Shown: piece after piece, positions 1 through 14,101 of the stretch
Position numbering within the stretch: the stretch's first letter is position 1
How the letters are laid out: each line of letters opens with the position of its first letter
Source of the DNA: Adineta vaga
Taxonomy: Eukaryota; Animalia; Rotifera
Reading direction: 5' to 3'
DNA length: 64,000 nt
Assembly: GCA_021613535.1 (NCBI GenBank)
Contig: CP075496.1
Span: 6,944,001-7,008,000 of the forward strand
Notes under the pieces: model-generated
The model's database searches: none
Seen by the model: the letters and a program-made list of their open reading frames with translations, nothing else
Told to the model about the DNA's origin: nothing
Translations under genes and position numbers: made by a program

Positions 1-41
1 ATTAACATATGCACTTAAAATACAACTACTTTTTCCCTTAC

Positions 42-2149
42 CCAGCATTCGACTTGCTTTTTGATTGCGTCGTAATCGGGCTTTATGTCGTTCATGCATG
101 AATTGTGCAACGGCTCGTTGACTATATCGACTTGAATGATATGATGTTGATACATTTGATTGTTGAGTATGACGATTAAATCGACGATGATCATCATCAA
201 GTGGATTATCGAATGATGAACTATGATCTGATAAATCTGGGGGAGCAATACCATTATTATTAAGACATTGAGTGGATGAATGTGACTGAGATCGACTACG
301 TTCATTAGTAGATATATTAGGTTGATGAAGTGTATGATCTAGATCTTGAGGATGATGATGGTGATGATGATGATCTTCGATAATCGCTTTAGTAATAATT
401 GTTTGAGATTGATTTTGATATTGTTGTTGATGATAATAATAATATGAAACACAACGTGCAGCTGGCAATGATGATGTACGAGTACTAAGACGAGTACGAA
501 CCAATTGTTGTTCTTCATCTTGATGATTACGTACATCATTTTTTAATCGATTTTCTTCATTTATTTCGGATTGAAAACGTTTTTGTCCAGTAAATGTTGC
601 TGTTGTTGTATGTCGAGTTGAATGATGAGGAAGGTGAGTTGATAAACTTTTGATTTTTTTATCTTTTGCTGTCGATGTTGATCGTCGTTTTCGATCCATT
701 ACATGAGGATATTCACTATTCGTTTGTTGATGAATGGGTACTTCATGTATGTTGATCGGTTTTTCATTTATACTTAAAACTTCTTTTCGAACTGATTTTT
801 GTGTACGATTTCGTTGAAAATATTTATAAATCAGAGCTCGTAATGATGATAATGATATTGATGTTGATGTTATACTACTTTTATTATGACCTGTATAATT
901 ACTAAAGGCAGGTGACATTGTTGATGGTGTAAGAACTGATGTTTTCAAATCGTTTGATGATCCATTTAAATTAAATGTGTCCCAAGTACCGCGAATCTAT
1001 TGAAAGAAAAAGATTGATTAAAAATAACACTTGAATTTGAGCTTTACTACTCTATAATCGAATAAAACATAATGAAGACCAGTATTTTACTTCTTAACAC
1101 TGAAAACTAAAAATAAATCTTTCAGATTTTCAAGTACTAATCCTTGACTTAAACAGTTTTTCTTCGCTCATTTACATATAGTTTTATGCTCATTGATAGG
1201 TAGACGTTAGAAGAGGATATTTACGTAGGGAAAATCTCTTAGATCTCGTTGTATACGAAAACTATTGAAAATAATCTAAGAAAAGATTTGATCAGGCATA
1301 TAATTTATTTTCCTTCATTAAATATTCTTTTGTTACTTTGATCATATATTTATAACCCTATTTTTCTTTGAAAAACTCGTCAAACACACTACAAATAAAC
1401 TTACTAGAACCTCGATATTCTTAATATTAACTATAATTCTTGAGTAACAAGCAAGCATAAACAATAATGGAATATAATAAAAAAATGTACATAGGATAAG
1501 AATTATATATGGACGTGCTGGATGAACACAACCTGGTTGATTTGTTGTGTAATAATGTGCAATAAGAATTGAACTTGGCCAAATTAAAAATGGAATAGCC
1601 CATGAAATAATAATGAATATTAATATCGATGAATAGGAACGATTACGTAGATGAAAATAGGGTGCTAGAGAAGAAAAATGAAAAAATAAACATTTTCAAT
1701 AAAACAAATCAAAATAGAATCTCTACCAGTTAATGCCCAATATCGATCTAAAGCCATTGAAGCAAGTGTAAGAAATGATGCTGTTGAACATGTAAAATCA
1801 ATAGCCATCCATGCATAACAAAGACGATAATCCAATGGCCAACGTAAATGTAAGGAATGCATGGTCATAAATGGCATAACAAATAAACCAACAAAAAAAT
1901 CGGCTAAACATAAACTAACAATGAAAGAGTCCGAATATGATCGTGTATGAAGCCGTAATTTAACGGAAATCAAAACTAAACCATTACCTAGAAAGTCAAT
2001 ATTTTAAATTAATTTTGATTTCATTTCAATAGAAGAAATCTTTATTACAAACCCAAAATAGTCAATATAGTTATTAAACTACATATTGTTAGTACACAAA
2101 TTGCTCGTAAATTCCATTTTAATATATCTGAAGATGTTGTTTCATTCAT
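42..2149 (-). CDS. Class A aminergic GPCR (histamine H1/muscarinic-like); 3' end (TM6-7) runs off the window
   Basis: Spliced exons at about 2149-2053, 1989-1728, 1665-1405 and 997-42. They encode MNETT (N-glycosylation site), TM1 GN, TM2 SLCLADFFVG, TM3 WMAIDFTCSTAS (Asp3.32) with DRY, TM4 W..P, TM5 FYYIPL, and a long Ser/His-rich ICL3 ending NQKASRMLG at a GT donor. Confidence 0.9.
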
Positions 2150-3766
2150 AATTACACTTGTATTCGTCGATACAATATAGATGTTCAAAGAAAACAGTCG
2201 ACTTTAGTATACCATGGAAGATTTTCTATGAACTTAATAATATCATTTGTGACTTTTGTTTGAATGCTCATATTTAGTAAACAGATGTTAATAATTCGTT
2301 GAACTAGAAACAAAATGATAAAGTTAGATATCTTCGGAAACTTGTTGACTCTTTTAACGCATGATATTTGTATAAATAGAGAAAAGAACTCAACGGTTGT
2401 CGTGTGTAAAAGAATAGAGAGAATAGAAAACACACACTTGCACGCATAACGGAGACGACATGAGATAGAGCACATTAACAAATATTAATGTTGAGCTGCT
2501 TAGGAGAGTTTTCTTCTTTTCTGTCTCTCTTTCTATGTCGCTTCCTTCTTGATTTGTTTCAAAGAGAAATAGAAGCAAAAATAATATATCGTAAAGTATG
2601 AAAAGCATAGCTAATAATTCTATTCCTGGAAATAATTGAAACGAGTAGATTTTATATGAAATAGTTTCATTGAAAAATCAAAATACCAATTTATTCGATC
2701 GTTTCTATTTGATTTATGAGGTTGAGAACTAAGATCTATTTGTCAAACATCATTAGTGAAAAAAACATTAATTTTTGAAAAAATAAATATATGTTGATTC
2801 TGCTAGGTGAGAACATGTGTGCGTGTATGTGTTATCTTATTAAGTATAAACACAATGATTGTTCGTTTTTACAAGTTCCGAAGAACTTTAGTTGTATTGA
2901 CAAAACATCTGCGTTTAATATTATTGACTTTTGTTTAACAAAGAAATTGTTTTCGAAGAGAAAAAAATCAATGCTAGAATTTAATCCGGACAAAACATTC
3001 CTGCCGATTTTGTCCTTTCAGAAAAGTCTGTCATAAGAACATAATGCAGGAGTTCTACCCATAGAAGGAAATCTTTTCAATATATTGTAAAAAGATCTAT
3101 CTTACCGTGAAAAACCTCGTTGTTGCGCACTTTGAAATATATGTGAAGAATCAAAACAGGAAGAGATAAGTCAAAAGGTAATAATGAATGTGCATGTTAA
3201 GTAGATAAATCAAATGCGTAATAAGATTAATCAATCATATGTTGTTTATAAAAATACTTGAACAGTCCTAAATAGGCAAGTAATATTACTACTTTGATTG
3301 AAACTAAACACGTAGAGAACAAAAACAAGAATTATTTTTTTTATTATTCATGTCTGAGATCAAGATCGGAAAAGAAGTTAAATGTAAAAAATAATAATAA
3401 AAAAGGGAATCTTCTCTGTTGATTTTATTTCATTATTAGATATACTACGCATTTATATAGTTCACTCTCAACAACTACATAATAGATAATTATTCAAGAA
3501 GAACATTTGTGACTTTTTATTTGAAAAGAACTTTCTTCTTTTGTTAGGTACTTATAAGGAGTTTTTTTAATAGGAAAAAAAGAGCGTAGAAATGAATATT
3601 TGATTGTTTCATTTTCTCTTTTTTCTCGAAGAAAGAAAAACTTGATTATCTGGATTTCTGATGTATATGTGAGGGTGTTAGTAAAATAGTTATTAAATTT
3701 GTATGTCAATGGTGGGTGATTGTGTGCATCACTAATTTACTCGCAAATAATGACGAATATAAAGAG

Positions 3767-3790
3767 AAAGAGAGAGAGAGAGAGAGCGAG
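3767..3790. repeat. (GA)n microsatellite
   Basis: Run agagagagagagagagcgag. Similar GA runs occur near 13323-13340, 15562-15586, 54203-54224 and 57827-57841, typically near gene 5' ends. Confidence 0.8.
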
Positions 3791-6541
3791 AAAAACAATG
3801 AAAAGCCGAAGCAGAGAAAAGAAATGACGTTTGATAGTAGAAGATCGACAATAATGACGTCGATACTTATTATATTGTGTCAGTTGAGTACTACCTCGTT
3901 TCTTTTCTATTTTGTTCTTATTTTTACCAGAAACTTCGCAGAATGGAATACATTTGTCTATGACAAAAATAGATCTTTTTTTATTGATTATGATTCGACA
4001 AAAGAAACATGTGGTGATTTAACAAAGATTTATTATCGAGAGAGACAGAGAGTTTCACAAGTTCCTTGTTTTTCTTCATCAAAGCAATACATATCAACAT
4101 AGATAAATAATTAATTATATTTTATTTGTTATGCTATTAAGAGAAGAGGACAGAAAAATAGCATGCACGACGTCAATTGGAATAGATATATCTTTGTTCA
4201 AATAATCAGATATTTCTATCATAGATACTTACTGTCAATCAAAAGGAAAAATAATGGTTGGTTTTATTGAAAATCTCGATTGATTATGCCATTTGAGATC
4301 ATAATATCGATATGCTTAATGAAATATTTCGATATATACACTGCTTTCTTTGACATTTAATTAGAACATCTGAAAATTATTGTTAATTATCATCAGAAAA
4401 GAGTTATATGAAATATTTTATTCATTATCAACGATAGAATTTCCGTTAGCAAAATTGTTGGATGAAAATCGTTCCTTCGAGATCAATTCAGTAAAATGAT
4501 TTAATTCATCCATTGATAAATTAACATTTGAATTTCCTTTGAGAATTATTATGAACGAGTGAATATATGATAAATATCCCAAGAAATAAATGAGCAAAGA
4601 TTTACTTCATAATGTGTGTCAGTTTTTCAGGGATGGATAATGTTTTACATGTTAATTACTATAGTAGCAAGATTTTGATCAATAAAAATTGGCTAAAATC
4701 AATAAGAATAACTAGGTGACAAGTTGCATAATTATTATTCTAAAAACGCAAATAATGATCAGAATGATCACCATCAGTGTTTTTCGTACTCTTGGTCCTT
4801 TCTGAATCACCATGATATTGTCTTGAACAGAATATTAAATTCATAAAAATCAATAATATTCTTTCAAATATTACAATGATTTTGTATCATTAGAATTTCC
4901 TTCGTATTATTATAATCAGTGGGTAGTAATATGAATAAAAGATTTCTAACTGTGATATTGTTCATATTTATTCATATTATCATTTGAATACGATTGATCA
5001 ACATTTCAAATAAACATAATATTTGGAATGGTTATACAAACGAAAGATCAAGAGTTTAATAAACGAATCATTGTTTCGTGATGACATAGAAAAACGCCTT
5101 TGGGGATTAGCGTGATCGATAGATTCGGAAGAAAATCTTTTTTTCTCTTGAATAATCAATAAACTAATCAAATAAGCTCTTTTTTTTCACACCATCACCT
5201 CCCACGCTTGTGTTTCTATAAAAGAAATCTTTATGTAAAAACAATCAAAGATTGTTCACGGTTTTCATAAACAATCTTTTTCATTTTGAAATAATTTAAT
5301 TATAAAAACACGCCTTCTGCACTTTTTAACCTCAAAGCAAATCAGATAAGAAAATAGAAAGATTCTTAATCTGTCTTTTCATTAAAATATATCCTAAAAT
5401 AGACACTAGTTTTAGTTATCATGAAACTTCCAAGCTACTTTTCTAATGTAATTAATTTCAACATATGTTCATATTAACTACAGTTCAATGAACTATTCTA
5501 AAGTATGTCAACTGGATACATTTTTGTGAGGTATACCTTTTTTCACTACGTTATATTATATTTTATGATAAGAATATTAAAACCATAGTTCTTTTAGGTT
5601 ATTAATTTGATTGGAAAAAATTTTCTCAGTTATTCTTAAGAAAAAAGAAATGTTTTATCCGATTAGATGATATAATATGTTGCTACATTATCTAAGGATT
5701 ACTATAAAATTTTCATGATGTTTTTTTCTCGATTTCTCGTCAGATTAACGTGATTTGAAGAGCAAAATGGAATATCTTTTACATCAAAGGTTATATAATC
5801 TTGTTATGGATTAGTGCGAGAACCAAACAGATCATTTTCATGTTTACCTTTCTGTTTCTATAATAATTATCTATGATCTTTACAGCTCGCTATTAGCATT
5901 TATTCATCTGACACTAATTTCGAGACCTTACACAAAACATGATATATTTCTGTTGTCATATCATAGGTAAACTTGTTGACAGACTGTTTTAATAGCTCGA
6001 TGTAGGCACTTGATTATGTCATGAAACACTCTAAATATAGTGAATGTCCTCATTCAATATAAAAATCGAGGGCATTGCTTCCAGTCTTGGTTGTATCATT
6101 CGAAAGGACAATATAAGTTAGTAATGTAATAGTAACTAAATTCGTTATTCCTTCTTCAATTAATTGAATTTATAAGTAAATTTTATTGATCAAAATGCAT
6201 ACTGTTTTCATAGTAAATGCTCGACAATGTGAAATATGAATCTTTGAAAACAAGTTTATCCAGTGCAAAATAATAATTAAGATCAATTGAAAATAGACCA
6301 TATACACATCTAATTGAAGTTGTCCGTAAGAAAATATTTTGGATAAAACTATCTTTCAACTGTAATCTATCTTATCAATTTCTGATCACACTTTAAAGTA
6401 CATTGTATCTTGTTTTGTCTGAATGTTTTTTTGTTTGTTTGTCAATGAAAGATAATGTGAAACAAAGATTTTCGAGATGCATGAATCATTTCTCTTTCTA
6501 TTTATTGGAGGGATTTGAAAATGAATATATAAATAAGAAGA

Positions 6542-7411
6542 ATGGCTCGAAAAAAAGAAGAAATTGAACGTGAAATTCGAAGAATTGAAGGACAACTTCT
6601 TGTTGCCAAACAGATCTGTCGAGAAAATGTATTCTATTTTAATTTAGTCATTGAAAACAAAAAACAATCTTCATTTTACTTTCTTATAGCTCCAAGAAAT
6701 CAATCAGTTGAAAAAACAACAAGAAAATGATTTAATTTTTCAACAAACGAATCATCTTCTATCAATGAAATCACTCAATTCTGATCAATATGCTGATCAA
6801 TTTAATAATTTAGTAAATAGAAAAATACGTTGTTTCAAATGAATAATATCACATTGATTCATTAGCTTCATTTAGTTTATGAACAACAAACAGAATCAAT
6901 AAACAAGACTATACAATATGATGATCAAGAAGAGAAGGTATGATTTAAAAAACAATCTCATAGTTGCGAAATCAAATGAAAAACACAATGAGCTTCATCA
7001 AATTAGCATTGTTTGATTACTATTAAAACCTAAGAAGTTCTTATTTTTTTCTAAATTCTTTGTATATAGAATGAACAAGACAATTCATTATTAGTTAATC
7101 TTTCATCAAATATTACCGAACTTGAATCTTTATTTGATTATACAAAAACTTTATTCACTCAACCAATTACATCGATTAATATGCTCAATAGTAAATACAC
7201 AACACTAGACGATTCCAAAAAACATCGTTACTTCATTTTGTTTTTATTAATTATAGATACTATTTCATTGCAAGATATTACTGGTGATCCTTCTAATCAA
7301 CGTTACCAACAAATCAATTCAATACAAATTGTTGATCTTCAACAACGAATCGATAGTTTACATAAAAGATTAACTAATAATGATCTATGTGACGATTGTT
7401 TAATACAATAA
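6542..7411 (+). CDS. Uncharacterised coiled-coil protein with C-terminal CaaX motif (CLIQ)
   Basis: Five exons with compatible phases (about 6542-6628, 6690-6812, 6866-6937, 7070-7190, 7257-7411) read MARKKEEIEREIRRIEGQ...IVDLQQRIDSLHKRLTNNDLCDDCLIQ*. Confidence 0.75.
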
Positions 7412-7500
7412 TCGGAAAATTCATTTTCTTTTTATTTTCATAAATAATAAAGCGCGTTCGACAGTATATCATTTAGTTTTTCGCTCTCTCCCCAATCTGA

Positions 7501-7820
7501 ATGTCTAGCTATCAAAATACTGACTGGCAAAAATCAGTGGGTAAGTAAAGAAGAAAAATGTACTTTAAAAACAATTGCTGTTTGTATGGGTGTTTTTGTT
7601 AGCATTCGCATTCACAAGTGGCGGTTTATTTGGTTATTTACTTCGTTCTATTCGTCCAATAGCGATCTTTACATCCGTTGTAGCTGGTGCTGCTCTTGGT
7701 TCTTTAGTTACATATGAATATTTCGACACTGAACAAAAAACATTAGCAAATGATACATTATCACAAGTGAACAATTTACAATCGAATCCTCGACAACAAT
7801 ACGAATATTTTCGAGAGTAA
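7501..7820 (+). CDS. Small (about 86 aa) two-TM glycine-rich membrane protein
   Basis: Exon 1 ATG 7501 to G|GTAAGT at 7540; exon 2 from TTAG|CATTC (about 7603) in phase. Protein MSSYQNTDWQKSVAFAFTSGGLFGYLLRSIRPIAIFTSVVAGAALGSLVTYEYF...RE*. Confidence 0.75.
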
Positions 7821-8164
7821 CGATTTTTATAAAAAAGAGAAAAGAGAAAAGAACAAGCAAGCATATAGAAATTATTCTCATTTATGAATATATTTGCTCA
7901 ACAGAGTCGAATGTTTAGAAAAGAAAATGGAAACGAAGAATAACATTCATACACTGTTAAGGACAAAAGCAAAAAAAAAGAGAAAACGTGGTTGTTGTTT
8001 TTTCAATATTATTTTCATTATTTTGTTTAAAACAATCAATTATGAGTGTTTATTCATTCTCATGCCAAGGAAAAAATATCTCATCACGCTATACAATGAA
8101 TATATCAGACACAGACATGTAAATATATATATATATATCTATTTCGATAGGAATCATTTTTGAT

Positions 8165-9334
8165 TTACCAATGACCATTATGAATTTCGGCAACTTTTCT
8201 CAAGAATTCAGCATGACTTGCATATAAGGGTGTTTCAGAACCGAGATCATGCCAAAAAGCACTTAAAGCATCACTACCACCATGAACATTGATCAATCCC
8301 AAATGTTCATTTTTTCCATCATGAAAATTGTACGCTAAAAAACAGAAAGAAGATTATGTTGCAAATATTTCGATTGAATTTTCGAAGAAAAGTTCGTACC
8401 TGTTGTTTCCATCCAACTATTGTCCGTATTTCTAAGTAAAATAAAATCAATTGATTAAGAAAAAAGAATCAAAAACGGTGATGATTTTCAGTACCTTGGA
8501 TCATCAACATAACCACAATAGATTCGAATACCGCCATTTTCAAAAACATCTTTTATTGTTGCAAGTAAATTATGTTTAGTACGTTCATCCATATCGGGAA
8601 AATTTAATGTTTCTTCATGAAATTCACGTTGTAATGTATCTGTAATTTTCTCTTTTTTCTCAACCATTCCACCTGGTATAGCATATTCAGTAGTATCTTT
8701 TCGACGTATACAAACAAATTGTAAAATAGGTTTTTGCGTAGTTGAATGCTTAACTATTTGACCATTACTATCGCATTTCCAACGTGTAACAATTGGATCA
8801 GCAGCATGATTAGGACCAAAATGACCTAAGAAAAAAAAATGAGAAATTACATTATTTTTCTTTGATTTATTTCAAAGATATACCAAGATGTCCTCGTCCA
8901 GTAATACCCGTTCGTCCACATGGATTTTGTGGTACACGTCCGACAATTTTATAAGTACCATGATACGATCTTCTATCACATAAACGATCATCTAAATTCC
9001 ATGGAATTGTTACAGTTGAATCATATCGAGGATCTCGATCAATATATTCTTTCGTTGATGTTCGAACTTTTTCTGATGTAAATTCAACTGGATGATAATC
9101 AAATGATGTCGACCATCGTACTTTATTGTCGGGTACAACGGTTCGATTAACTAATGGTTGTTCTCTAGTACCCGTTCGAGTATATTTGGCATTAATACAT
9201 GTCATTTCTGATTTGGATTTATCACATGGTATTCCACAGTTACGACATTTATGATGAATTGGTATACGATTATTTTCGTATTGATTCATACGAGTATTCA
9301 AATGAATATTAAAACGAGAGAGAACTTGACCCAT
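8165..9334 (-). CDS. NUDT9: ADP-ribose pyrophosphatase (NUDT9 family)
   Basis: Motifs [53 protein letters not shown] (Nudix box), GYVDDPRNTDNSWMET (partly on a 32-nt exon near 8400-8431) and LYASH...HNGHW*. Confidence 0.95.
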
Positions 9335-10177
9335 TTGTATGGTTAGTAGTACCGAATGTTTTAATAGAATGACAGGGAATATTGGATTTTCATCTGAAAT
9401 AAACAAAACAATGTTAATAGAGAATAATTCGTCACGTTACAAATGAAATTTTCGTTTCTATTGGTTTCATTATATTCGAATACTTGCGTGGTTTATTTTT
9501 GACGTCATTCATATCCCACAATCGACTCATGTATTGACGTAAATTGCCTAACTACCTTCACATATAAAAACACTCACACATATAAATAAAAGAGAAAGAT
9601 TATATTTGATTTAATCGATAAAAAGAGAAGAAATCTAAAAAAAACTGGATTTCTTCCTATCTCTCAATTGATTCATTAAAAATATTATTCATTGTCTCAT
9701 GTTGCTATGTAACGCGAGAGGAATAAGCAGGAAAAAAATACTGCTTTCAAAGAAACTTTCTCCTTCTCTCATGTAGAAGAACGGGTAGAAAAAGAAGAAA
9801 AACAAAAGTCTACTTTCTTTTTGTTTGATTTGTTTTTTATTTTGTTTTATACATCTTGTGCATATTTATCACAGCAGGAAAAAAAAGAGAAAAAAGACAA
9901 AGCTATATAGACGTGTGAATTTTACCATAGAAAAAAAAAGAAAAAGAAGAAGAAGAAGAAGAGATTTGTTGTATTGATAAACAGACAAAACGAAAGTTGG
10001 ATGTCTTCTAAATAAATTAACTCATCAGTCGTCTAGATACAATATTTTAAGTTCACTGTATTTAAAACAAGAAAGAAAAAAAAGTTGATAGCAGCCAGAG
10101 CAAAAGGACAAAAGAAAAATCATGATAAGAATCCGTTTCGATTAACCGAATATAATGTGCAAAGAAGACAATTTGTT

Positions 10178-11618
<1,441 letters not shown>

Positions 11619-13594
11619 TTTTAAAATTTCCAAATACAAAAGAAAACAATTTTTTCTTCTAAAATAGACATATACATAATATATATATTATTAAGGTCGA
11701 TCGATTGATTCTTCAATGTTACAAAATGATCATTCATTCTTTGTTTTTCTTCCCCTAGAAGACAGATATTTAAGTTTAATGTGTTCTATAATACAGTTCT
11801 ATAGCACATGACATGTCTACTATTTATTTTTGTTCATTATTAACATATATGTCAGAAAAAAAAGAGACAATATGATTATGTGAGTCATACAAAATATTTT
11901 GAATTTAGTTGATATTTATTGAGCAAAAAAAAAGTAATAACAATTATTTTTTTCCTTTCGTAATTATTATTTCAAAAATGTATGCAATAGAAAAGAAGTA
12001 ATGGAAGCCTTTCGGTAAAGAACGACATCTGTTGAAATTTATAATATTCTGCTGTTTATATACTTTCATATCGAATTAAAGATTTCAACGACAGTAACGA
12101 GATACCTCCAGTACATATGTTTGCAACTATAGTTTAACACTACTAAAGTTGATTGAAACGCTTGATTAAAAATGCGCTTTATATTAATTATGCGAATTTC
12201 ATTTCTATTCCATGAATTGCTTTTGTCGATTGTCATGTAGTAGTTCGAACATCTAATCATTTACTTGTTTGTCATCATTATACTTCTAATATTTGTACGA
12301 CTTGATGTTTATTCATTTTACATGATGTAAATGTTGCACACGTGGAAAACTCATTAAATCCTTTTGCTTGGGTAGACCATTTACGTACGATACCGAAACG
12401 ATTACCAGCGATTAAAAGAAAAAATGATAATGAGGATGATGAAACCAGGATGACACGATTACAATTAACAACCGTATTGAATAATGAACATGACGATTTC
12501 GTGTGACTATGCTCCATACCTATTTTCTTCATTATACGTTGACCATCAATACAAATAGAAATATTATCAATAGAAATTAACGAGACGTCTTTTATATCAA
12601 TATGAAAACTTTATTTTATCAATTCATGAAGAGTGATTTATACGAATCAAAATTTCTATTATATACCAAAATAATAACATTTATCACATATAAATTGTTT
12701 TAAAGACTTCTCTCTTAGAAATATGATTCATTAGAATAGTCAATGGAGTCAGGAGATGAATGAAATCTGGGGAAATGTATTAACGTACATTATGCTCATC
12801 TTAGATTGTAAATCTATTGATTCATCAAACTTCTTCGTAATTTCATAACTGATATCATTTTATCGATACTATCACCTTTATTGAGGAAGTAATAATAGTT
12901 TACTATCAACAAAAAGCAAAAATAATCCATAAGGTATGCATCTGCTTTAACCAATTATCTACTTTTTCTTTCATGTTCACAGTAGCAGGTGAAAGAAGAA
13001 AGAAAATGAAAAAGAGCAATCAAAGACAAACAACGTAAACCTATCCATTACCTCCAACGACGACAACAACAACAACAATAAGCACCATCGAAACGGATGG
13101 TTATGTATTGTGCAGAAAAAAAGTAGCAAATTCGAATATATTGAGTTGCTTTTTAACACATTTCTTCTTTTGAGAATAGAACTCAATTAACTCTTACACA
13201 TCACCAGGAGATCAACTGTGTGAATATTCATGTTTTCTTTCAATTGCTAATAATCACTAGACGTCGATTTCCTATTCTCAATGTGTTATTATGAGAAACC
13301 GGATGATGAAGGAAAAGAAAGAAAGAGAGAGAGAGAGCGAAAAAGAAAACAACACGAAAGATAATTTTCTTCTTTCGTTCAACGAATCTATCCATCTGCG
13401 CTTGTACATCATTGTAATGTTTAGCTCGTTATGACACCTTTTTCTCTTTTTCTTTCTAAATAATGGACGAAAAAGAAAACGAAATTTGTTGAGCATCTGA
13501 CGACGAATTCTTTCCTTCCTTCTTCAATTATGTCAATCGATAGTATGAATATACACACCTGTCTTCACACTCATTCATTCATTCATCTCATAAA

Positions 13595-14101
13595 ATGATC
13601 CACGTACGTATCGACAATCATCATTCAACTGCTGTAGATATCTATGTTAATATTTCTCCTCAAAATATGATTAATTCATCATCACCTATATCTTCCACTG
13701 ATGAACATATTTATGATCGTCTCTCTCATATCGATACTAGTCTTCCACGACAATCGAAAATAATTCAACATCGAACTGCTTCAATTCGTTCAATGAACAA
13801 GAAAAATTATACACTTCAACAAGTACTTGACAATGTTGAAACAATTCAAAAACAATATGAGAAAGTTATAAATAATCGCATAACATCGACATCATCATCA
13901 TCATCATCCTGCTTCTTCTCGATGAAACAATTGACAAAAGTCTTGAAAAATCTACGAACTATAAAAACGAAAACAACAGAAGAAACTTTTCAAGCAAACG
14001 ATTCAGAACTTAAATCTCCATTTATATTTGGCGGTGAAACATTACAATGGATTGCTTTACCACAAGACGAACATATTTATGAAAATGAATTTCTTCATTA
14101 A
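13595..14101 (+). CDS. Intronless 168-aa orphan with repeated Tyr-phosphorylation-like motifs
   Basis: Long ORF for AT-rich DNA, with codon style like neighbouring genes and an AAAATG start context. Motifs DIYVNI, EHIYDRL and EHIYENEF. Confidence 0.7.
   Translation: MIHVRIDNHHSTAVDIYVNISPQNMINSSSPISSTDEHIYDRLSHIDTSLPRQSKIIQHRTASIRSMNKKNYTLQQVLDNVETIQKQYEKVINNRITSTSSSSSSCFFSMKQLTKVLKNLRTIKTKTTEETFQANDSELKSPFIFGGETLQWIALPQDEHIYENEFLH

Noticed and set aside
339-560. Suspected frameshift in the GPCR third intracellular loop, and ORF-track peptides 15-305 and 339-539
   Set aside because: Recounting the T6 run at 539-544 shows the true frame (RLKNDVRNHQ...) is continuous; the listed ORFs are off-frame shadows.
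2185-4102. Short ORFs upstream of the GPCR (for example 3716-4102)
   Set aside because: Low-complexity F/I/K-rich translations, partly through GA repeats, with no splice structure or motifs. They are likely UTR or promoter sequence.
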